Below are positions 55,801-57,412 of a stretch of 57,412 bases of DNA, piece after piece. This DNA comes from Glycera tridactyla (taxonomy: Eukaryota), in the NCBI GenBank assembly GCA_965644265.1, contig OZ286466.1, positions 70,500,589 through 70,558,000 on the forward strand, written 5' to 3'. The position numbers were made by a program, and so were the translations under genes. The notes under the pieces are model-generated. The model made no database searches. It had not been told where the DNA came from and saw only the letters and a list, made by a program, of their open reading frames with translations. Position 1 is the first letter of the stretch. Each line of letters starts with the position of its first letter.

Positions 55801-56541
55801 GAAAAGGTAAGAATTACCTATTGTGGTGCCACAGGCTCTGTTCAGTACCCATTGGTCTACATTTGGATGGTTGGTCTGGATGTTGTCAGACCAGTTAGGA
55901 TCCAGATGCAAGTAACACTTGCCATTAAAGTCAATGGCTAGACAAGACTGGTCATCGAGACAGGCCTTTTTACACTCCTCAGCGTTGGATGCTGATGGAA
56001 CAACGATTCCACCAAAGGCTAGCTGGTTTGGGAAAGATTCCCATGAGATGCTACAGTCTGAAAACGGATGAATTTGAAATACAAGATGTATCCATAAAAA
56101 GATGGTTTGGATTGTGGAAGATGAGGACATGACCTGAATACATGGTACACACTTCAGAATGGTGGATAATTAGAAAATATATTCCGTGGAAATCTGGACA
56201 GGAGGATTACAAAACCCATCGTATTCTATTAGTTCTTTACTTCCACCCAAGTTTTAGTTTTTGGAGTATGTGACACATATTGTGATAAAAATGTGAATTA
56301 CCATCTGCACAGTTTTTGTCCAGCACCCATTGGTCAACCTCAGGATGATTCGTTTGGATTCTGTCTGGCCAGTTAGGATCCACATGCATGTAACACTTGC
56401 CATTGAAGTCAATAGCTAGGCAGGACTGATTATTCAGACATTCATTCTGACATTCCTGTACATTGGATGCTGATGGGACAACAATCCCACCAAATGCTAG
56501 CTGTGATGGGAAGAAATTCCATGTAATGCTGCAGCCACCAG
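25..56541 (-). CDS. Giant multi-exon PAN/Apple-like tandem-domain protein with mucin-like linkers (partial: no start/signal peptide or stop codon found in window)
   Basis: About 54 exons flanked by polypyrimidine-AG and GT splice sites join into one open frame of about 4,400 aa; 49 repeats of C-x3-W-x5-Q-L-A-[FY]-G-G-x11-C-x3-C-x5-C-[LF]-A-I-D-F...C-Y-x-H...V-D-Q-W...C or diverged versions; six-Cys spacing typical of PAN/Apple modules. Confidence 0.85.
321..880 (+). repeat. Two diverged copies (about 321-560 and 650-880) of a putative interspersed repeat
   Basis: Both share TAACGTCA.GTCAGCT.TATTTG.GC and ACAGA.GG...AATT...AATTC.C.CAC.C.C.AGGTGTCATTT.T..T.GGGA. Confidence 0.5.
1447..1556 (-). 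CDS. Exon: C-terminal half of a split PAN-like domain (CYIHTMQSDLTDLTFDSGADFYTRVPC + Ser linker)
   Basis: Acceptor tctgtttcag|G, donor GCC C|gtaagg; 110 nt, phase 2-1, complements the exon at 2121-2268. Confidence 0.78.
1745..2120. repeat. Degenerate satellite, ~25-30-bp units of (GAATT)n + GATAACGTACGTT
   Basis: About 11-12 visible copies filling most of the intron that splits the PAN domain. Confidence 0.9.
2121..2268 (-). CDS. Exon: N-terminal half of a split PAN-like domain (CVDTFDKLDNTRSNGG...QCRNACLALGVCLGYTW)
   Basis: Acceptor ctttattacag|CT, donor AAA AC|gtacgt; 148 nt, phase 1-2; CxDTF..NT..GG start resembles exon 25-288. Confidence 0.78.
3080..3094 (-). CDS. Candidate 15-nt micro-exon (TTSA in phase 1)
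   Basis: Long pyrimidine tract + tacag acceptor and perfect GTGAGT donor; a 59-nt intron leads to another strong acceptor at 3021; frame and partners unresolved. Confidence 0.4.
3197..3229 (-). CDS. Candidate 33-nt micro-exon (DALDQVAPDY)
   Basis: ggactttcag acceptor, A|gtatgg donor, phase 1-1; no homology support. Confidence 0.25.
3928..4090. repeat. Minisatellite, ~22-32-bp unit CAGCATTCTTCCATAAAA..AAACAGG, about 6 copies
   Basis: Direct reading. Confidence 0.85.
4385..4780. repeat. Degenerate (CAC/ACC/GAC)n trinucleotide low-complexity tract, intronic
   Basis: Produces poly-T/P/H/D ORFs on + and poly-V/W on -; frames break and no splice-bounded frame fits the gene. Confidence 0.8.
4881..5030 (+). 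mobile_element. Dispersed non-autonomous repeat headed by (TTTG)n, copy 1
   Basis: (TTTG)n-AGG.TTAACGGCATGTATCAACCCTAGG.TTATGT.TGCC...TAGATGTTCTCTCC..GCAGACATC.CTCTCACAAA shared with 14183-14312 and the reverse strand at the window end. Confidence 0.7.
5905..6045. repeat. 54-bp tandem duplication (ATTTTACGGGTCAGTTCAAGTGCGACATTCA..TATTAAGTGC)
   Basis: Two full copies plus a partial one. Confidence 0.85.
6261..6563 (-). CDS. Exon: PAN-like domain + Ser/Thr/Pro linker
   Basis: ggttttccag|CT acceptor, CAA C|gtatgt donor; 303 nt, phase 1-1; ECVIIW..QLALGG..CQMACLSADPPCFAIDF..CFLH..VDQYVWSEEC. Confidence 0.9.
7144..7209 (-). CDS. Candidate linker exon (PSVLAPTPASTSAAYQKVSSH)
   Basis: Good acceptor ttttcgttgcag, P/S/T/A-rich frame; donor (T|gttatg) weak. 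Confidence 0.33.
7656..7739 (-). CDS. Ser/Thr-rich linker exon (MTSPTSQTSQTSVTTETTAKLTSSDTP)
   Basis: atatttcag|GA acceptor, CCT G|gtaatg donor; 84 nt, phase 1-1; not in ORF track. Confidence 0.7.
7950..8168. other. Assembly gap (N run)
   Basis: 219 N. Confidence 1.
10409..10743. other. Assembly gap (N run)
   Basis: 335 N. Confidence 1.
11138..11415. repeat. (CA)n tracts alternating with three copies of a ~65-bp unit (AATATACAACATCCACATTTTCACGAATCTCCTGGAAAACTGATATAACTTATAGTGCAAAGCA)
   Basis: Direct reading. Confidence 0.9.
11632..11745 (-). CDS. Ser-rich linker exon (PTQQSTVASTSSSSASSSSVSTSPPSRYQSSTDSILP)
   Basis: catatttccag|TA acceptor, CCC G|gtcaga donor; 114 nt, phase 1-1; the (TGA)n repeat on + reads as poly-Ser on -. 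Confidence 0.65.
12220..12385. repeat. 55-bp tandem repeat, three copies
   Basis: CTTGATGGCAAGATATCAC at 12220, 12275 and 12330. Confidence 0.9.
12711..12755 (-). CDS. Small linker exon (SFTSTTSVRDTEPF)
   Basis: gtcctttacag|CA acceptor, TTT G|gtcagt donor; 45 nt, phase 1-1. Confidence 0.55.
13755..13930. mobile_element. Tc1/mariner (pogo/Tigger-like) MITE
   Basis: Imperfect TIRs CAGTCTAACCTGTCCTAAGCGGC / reverse complement CATTCAAACCTGTTCTAAGCCGC; TA on the right flank; internal repeated AAGC.(G/A).CCAC motifs. Confidence 0.6.
14183..14312 (+). mobile_element. Dispersed (TTTG)n-headed repeat, copy 2
   Basis: Aligns by eye with 4881-5030. Confidence 0.7.
14394..14645 (-). CDS. Exon: PAN-like domain (SECSYTWQVFPRQLAYGG...)
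   Basis: gtattgcag|CA acceptor, ACT G|gtatgc donor; 252 nt, phase 1-1; six Cys. Confidence 0.9.
15450..15773 (-). CDS. Exon: PAN-like domain + Thr-rich tail (PGCRIEWDLYPEQLAYGG...TSIPTSIPTTS)
   Basis: tatattacag|CA acceptor, ACA A|gtatgt donor; 324 nt, phase 1-1. Confidence 0.88.
15843..16012. other. Assembly gap (N run)
   Basis: 170 N. Confidence 1.
16428..16490. repeat. (GT)n microsatellite
   Basis: About 31 units. Confidence 0.98.
16826..16897. repeat. (CT)n microsatellite
   Basis: Direct reading. Confidence 0.95.
17760..18320. repeat. Degenerate ~90-120-bp tandem repeat, about 5 copies, overlapping the donor of exon 18307-18579
   Basis: Recurring ACCTACT.GTTGG(G)TAGGC and TTCAACCCA motifs. 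Confidence 0.8.
18307..18579 (-). CDS. Exon: PAN-like domain (SDCEVSWTVYPDQLAYGG...)
   Basis: catattttgcag|CC acceptor, ACA A|gtaggt donor; 273 nt, phase 1-1. Confidence 0.88.
18598..19030. repeat. Degenerate ~140-160-bp tandem repeat, three copies, starting next to the acceptor of exon 18307-18579
   Basis: GCAAATGATCTACTGATACCCATATAATTGAATAAAGAG identical in two copies; third copy more diverged. Confidence 0.8.
19565..19915. repeat. (CT)n (19565-19710) and (GT)n (19820-19915) microsatellites
   Basis: Direct reading; source of the ERERER/THTHTH pseudo-ORFs. Confidence 0.97.
20124..20522. mobile_element. Fold-back (inverted-repeat) MITE-like element with ~150-bp arms ending in GTTGCCAT[GA]GCAAC
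   Basis: Left arm 20124-20278 matches the reverse complement of 20368-20522 (GGC.TGGCGCAATG.CAAT; TGGCACAATTTTTA.TT.GCC). Confidence 0.7.
21720..22180. mobile_element. Fold-back element with a perfect 18-bp palindrome AAGTTTCCATGGAAACTT (21938-21955) near its centre
   Basis: Inverted pairs CCATGGTTG/CAACCATGG, TACAGGCCGTTCC/GGAACGGCCTGTA, CATAGGGCC/GGCCCTATG. Confidence 0.7.
23374..24222 (-). CDS. Mucin-like (PTS) exon, 283 codons, with 51-aa internal repeats
   Basis: ctattttcag|AT acceptor, ACT G|gtaagt donor; 849 nt open in the Thr/Ser/Pro frame (ORF track shows only the part from Met at 23713); phase 1-1. Confidence 0.88.
23800..24205 (-). repeat. Coding tandem repeat, 153-bp unit, about 2.6 copies (TSTPxTEKTTPxTETSAKSTDGPISPTYTARSTAGLSSxSKTTAYVxTSTP)
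   Basis: GAGATATGGGACCATCAGTAC recurs at 23971 and 24124 (153 bp apart); third partial copy near 23820. Confidence 0.9.
24627..24779. other. Assembly gap (N run)
   Basis: 153 N. Confidence 1.
25252..25326. repeat. AT-rich 24-bp tandem repeat, about three copies
   Basis: ATATAATATAT.ATATATAACTGT repeats; gives the YIIYYIQL read-through in the ORF track. Confidence 0.85.
25342..25578 (-). CDS. Exon: PAN-like domain (PGCNIMWEYFPAQLAFGG...)
   Basis: gatttcag|CA acceptor, CCA G|gtaatg donor; 237 nt, phase 1-1. Confidence 0.92.
25950..26240. mobile_element. Fold-back element with GTTGCCATGGCAAC (25979-25992)
   Basis: Inverted pairs TCAGTGAA/TTCACTGA and CATGGTGTCT/AGACACCATG. Confidence 0.5.
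27218..27487 (-). CDS. Exon: PAN-like domain (TGCSITWDFFPSQLAFGGVVVPSASSVPECQTACLNDDSCLAIDFNGKCYIHSDPSWSDRIQTNHPNVDQWVVNRAC + linker)
   Basis: caacttcag|CA acceptor, ACA C|gtaggt donor; 270 nt, phase 1-1; absent from ORF track on - (no in-frame Met). Confidence 0.9.
28988..29227 (-). CDS. Exon: PAN-like domain, diverged relative of array types B/C
   Basis: caatttcag|AT acceptor, ATA G|gtaaat donor; 240 nt, phase 1-1. Confidence 0.92.
29879..30115 (-). CDS. Exon: PAN-like domain, diverged relative of array type A
   Basis: catttcag|CG acceptor, GAA G|gtaata donor; 237 nt, phase 1-1. Confidence 0.92.
31188..31436 (-). CDS. Array exon C, unit 1 (TPDCSITWESFPNQLAFGG...VPNRACGTTI)
   Basis: 249 nt, cag acceptor/gt donor, phase 1-1. 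Confidence 0.92.
31986..32225 (-). CDS. Array exon B, unit 1 (DCSISWESFPNQLAFGG...VLNRACGTTI)
   Basis: 240 nt, cag/gt, phase 1-1. Confidence 0.92.
32468..32707 (-). CDS. Array exon A, unit 1 (GGCSITWNFFPSQLAFGG...VLEKNCAD)
   Basis: 240 nt, cag/gt, phase 1-1. Confidence 0.92.
33167..33415 (-). CDS. Array exon C, unit 2
   Basis: 249 nt, cag/gt, phase 1-1. Confidence 0.92.
33976..34215 (-). CDS. Array exon B, unit 2
   Basis: 240 nt, cag/gt, phase 1-1. Confidence 0.92.
34459..34698 (-). CDS. Array exon A, unit 2
   Basis: 240 nt, cag/gt, phase 1-1. Confidence 0.92.
35158..35406 (-). CDS. Array exon C, unit 3
   Basis: 249 nt, cag/gt, phase 1-1. Confidence 0.92.
35956..36195 (-). CDS. Array exon B, unit 3 (LNR->LHR variant)
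   Basis: 240 nt, cag/gt, phase 1-1. Confidence 0.92.
36439..36678 (-). CDS. Array exon A, unit 3
   Basis: 240 nt, cag/gt, phase 1-1. Confidence 0.92.
37138..37386 (-). CDS. Array exon C, unit 4
   Basis: 249 nt, cag/gt, phase 1-1. Confidence 0.92.
37946..38185 (-). CDS. Array exon B, unit 4
   Basis: 240 nt, cag/gt, phase 1-1. Confidence 0.92.
38430..38669 (-). CDS. Array exon A, unit 4 (AFGG->AFDG variant)
   Basis: 240 nt, cag/gt, phase 1-1. Confidence 0.92.
39129..39377 (-). CDS. Array exon C, unit 5
   Basis: 249 nt, cag/gt, phase 1-1. Confidence 0.92.
39927..40166 (-). CDS. Array exon B, unit 5
   Basis: 240 nt, cag/gt, phase 1-1. Confidence 0.92.
40409..40648 (-). CDS. Array exon A, unit 5
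   Basis: 240 nt, cag/gt, phase 1-1. Confidence 0.92.
41108..41356 (-). CDS. Array exon C, unit 6
   Basis: 249 nt, cag/gt, phase 1-1. Confidence 0.92.
41916..42155 (-). CDS. Array exon B, unit 6
   Basis: 240 nt, cag/gt, phase 1-1. Confidence 0.92.
42400..42639 (-). CDS. Array exon A, unit 6 (AFGG->AFDG variant)
   Basis: 240 nt, cag/gt, phase 1-1. Confidence 0.92.
43099..43347 (-). CDS. Array exon C, unit 7
   Basis: 249 nt, cag/gt, phase 1-1. Confidence 0.92.
43908..44147 (-). CDS. Array exon B, unit 7
   Basis: 240 nt, cag/gt, phase 1-1. Confidence 0.92.
44392..44631 (-). CDS. Array exon A, unit 7 (NNQS->NDQS variant)
   Basis: 240 nt, cag/gt, phase 1-1. Confidence 0.92.
45091..45339 (-). 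CDS. Array exon C, unit 8
   Basis: 249 nt, cag/gt, phase 1-1. Confidence 0.92.
45900..46139 (-). CDS. Array exon B, unit 8
   Basis: 240 nt, cag/gt, phase 1-1. Confidence 0.92.
46382..46621 (-). CDS. Array exon A, unit 8 (EKN->DKN variant)
   Basis: 240 nt, cag/gt, phase 1-1. Confidence 0.92.
47081..47329 (-). CDS. Array exon C, unit 9
   Basis: 249 nt, cag/gt, phase 1-1. Confidence 0.92.
47877..48116 (-). CDS. Array exon B, unit 9
   Basis: 240 nt, cag/gt, phase 1-1. Confidence 0.92.
48361..48600 (-). CDS. Array exon A, unit 9 (EKN->DKN variant)
   Basis: 240 nt, cag/gt, phase 1-1. Confidence 0.92.
49060..49308 (-). CDS. Array exon C, unit 10
   Basis: 249 nt, cag/gt, phase 1-1. Confidence 0.92.
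49868..50107 (-). CDS. Array exon B, unit 10
   Basis: 240 nt, cag/gt, phase 1-1. Confidence 0.92.
50352..50591 (-). CDS. Array exon A, unit 10
   Basis: 240 nt, cag/gt, phase 1-1. Confidence 0.92.
51051..51299 (-). CDS. Array exon C, unit 11
   Basis: 249 nt, cag/gt, phase 1-1. Confidence 0.92.
51846..52085 (-). CDS. Array exon B, unit 11
   Basis: 240 nt, cag/gt, phase 1-1. Confidence 0.92.
52330..52569 (-). CDS. Array exon A, unit 11
   Basis: 240 nt, cag/gt, phase 1-1. Confidence 0.92.
53029..53277 (-). CDS. Array exon C, unit 12
   Basis: 249 nt, cag/gt, phase 1-1. Confidence 0.92.
53838..54077 (-). CDS. Array exon B, unit 12
   Basis: 240 nt, cag/gt, phase 1-1. Confidence 0.92.
54324..54563 (-). 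CDS. Array exon A, unit 12
   Basis: 240 nt, cag/gt, phase 1-1. Confidence 0.92.
55023..55271 (-). CDS. Array exon C, unit 13
   Basis: 249 nt, cag/gt, phase 1-1. Confidence 0.92.
55818..56057 (-). CDS. Array exon B, unit 13
   Basis: 240 nt, cag/gt, phase 1-1. Confidence 0.92.
56302..56541 (-). CDS. Array exon A, unit 13 (EKN->DKN variant; most 5' exon found)
   Basis: 240 nt, cag/gt, phase 1-1; it has an acceptor, so upstream exons must lie beyond the window or be unrecognised. Confidence 0.92.
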
Positions 56542-57299
56542 CTGAAATGAATAAGCATGGGTTCATCAATTGCGGAGATATATGCATGTGAGGGTTCGTG
56601 ACTTTACCCAGAGATTCTTATGTCGTAATATCTTGTTCAGGGTCTCTATAGATGGCAGCCACCAATGGGCGCGGGTCATTTTCTTTAAAGTGTTGCCATC
56701 GGGGATGATGTGGCCTAGGTGTAGCATCATCCCTTCTCTTCTTCTCTATATCTTTTGGAGTGGGGGGTTGAATGGAAACATACCTTGAAATTTCTCTATC
56801 ATCTGTCTAAAGGCATTTTCTACCAAAATTACACTATCACCAGATTTCTTTCTCTTCACCTCTTTCCAATCCCTCTAAGCTTTTCTTATCTCTTCAGTGA
56901 AATGGTCTCAGGTGTGGGTAGCTGACGGTTTGCCTGTAGCAGATATTGTCACTATGCAAAAAGCAGGTACCAGGCACACCAGTTCTGGGTTACTAGGGCT
57001 GCGACTAGGTTACTAGGTTGTGTGATGGCATTGTACTGCGAGCATAGGGCATACCATGATTGTAAAGCTGGCTAGAAGGTGACAGTTTGTCATTGAACAC
57101 ATTGGTTGAGTATTCTCCGAATCTAATGCCTCTCCTAGTGTCAAGTGCTGCGCTTTGCAAAAAAAAAGCATTGCTATCAGACTTGAGTGTTAACTTCCAG
57201 CCAGTTACATAGCTAGATATGCCATCATTAGATTCACTTTTTTTCATGAAGAGTAGGTAGAGGTGTGTCTGAACTGTCAGCTACTTCAACTTGACAACT

Positions 57300-57412
57300 T
57301 CTCAGGTTCCCCATCATCTTGTGTCCAGGGTTTGTGAGAGTGATGTCTGCAGTGGAGAGAACATCTAGCTTTCATTGACCAGGAACATACGGCATACATA
57401 ACCCTGTGGGTT
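57300..57412 (-). mobile_element. Dispersed (TTTG)n-headed repeat, copy 3 (truncated by window end)
   Basis: Reverse complement AACCC..GGGTTATGTATGCCGTATGTTCCTGGTCAATGAAAGCTAGATGTTCTCTCCACTGCAGACATCACTCTCACAAACCCTG matches the copies at 4921 and 14221. Confidence 0.72.

Larger units (their letters stand above)
31170..56635. repeat. Intragenic tandem array: 13 copies of a ~1.98-1.99 kb unit, each with three PAN exons (A, B, C in transcription order)
   Basis: B-exon ends at 31986, 33976, 35956, 37946, 39927, 41916, 43908, 45900, 47877, 49868, 51846, 53838, 55818; introns are also repeated. Confidence 0.97.

Noticed and set aside
31627-55941. Recurrent plus-strand ORFs in each unit (MDxQPYLEWLTF..., MIYNHRSLATCS..., MDADGTTIPPNAS..., MFVIHFGLAG...)
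   Set aside because: They repeat only because the DNA unit repeats: they are antisense shadows of PAN exons or intron sequence, start at non-ATG codons in several cases, and the intronic one is interrupted by a stop in some units (e.g. unit 4)
31170-56635. CRISPR-like or Dscam-like diversity cassette interpretation of the array
   Set aside because: The window is eukaryotic with no short repeat-spacer structure; the exons are near-identical rather than diversified, and no docking/selector sequences for mutually exclusive splicing were recognised

Overview
Eukaryotic (animal-like, AT-rich, GT-AG introns, microsatellites, four N-gaps) genomic DNA; the species cannot be determined from the sequence. 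Almost the whole window is one minus-strand gene, incomplete at both ends, encoding a very large extracellular-type protein. I count 49 six-cysteine PAN/Apple-like domains, nearly all one domain per phase-1/phase-1 exon, plus Ser/Thr-rich linker exons and one 849-nt mucin-like exon. The exons I can support add up to about 13.2 kb of CDS (about 4,400 aa). Thirty-nine domains come from 13 near-identical ~1.98-1.99 kb genomic repeats (31.2-56.6 kb), each carrying three exons (types A, B, C), with a ~3.97 kb dimer superstructure. Toward the 3' end (low coordinates) the domains diverge progressively. Introns contain satellites (some anchored on splice sites), MITE-like and fold-back elements with RFX X-box-like palindromes, and a dispersed repeat family. 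Several real exons, including a PAN domain split across two exons and small linker exons, are not evident from the ORF track. Exon coordinates were read by hand from splice signals and reading frame; the PAN assignment rests on the Cys/motif pattern, not on a database search.
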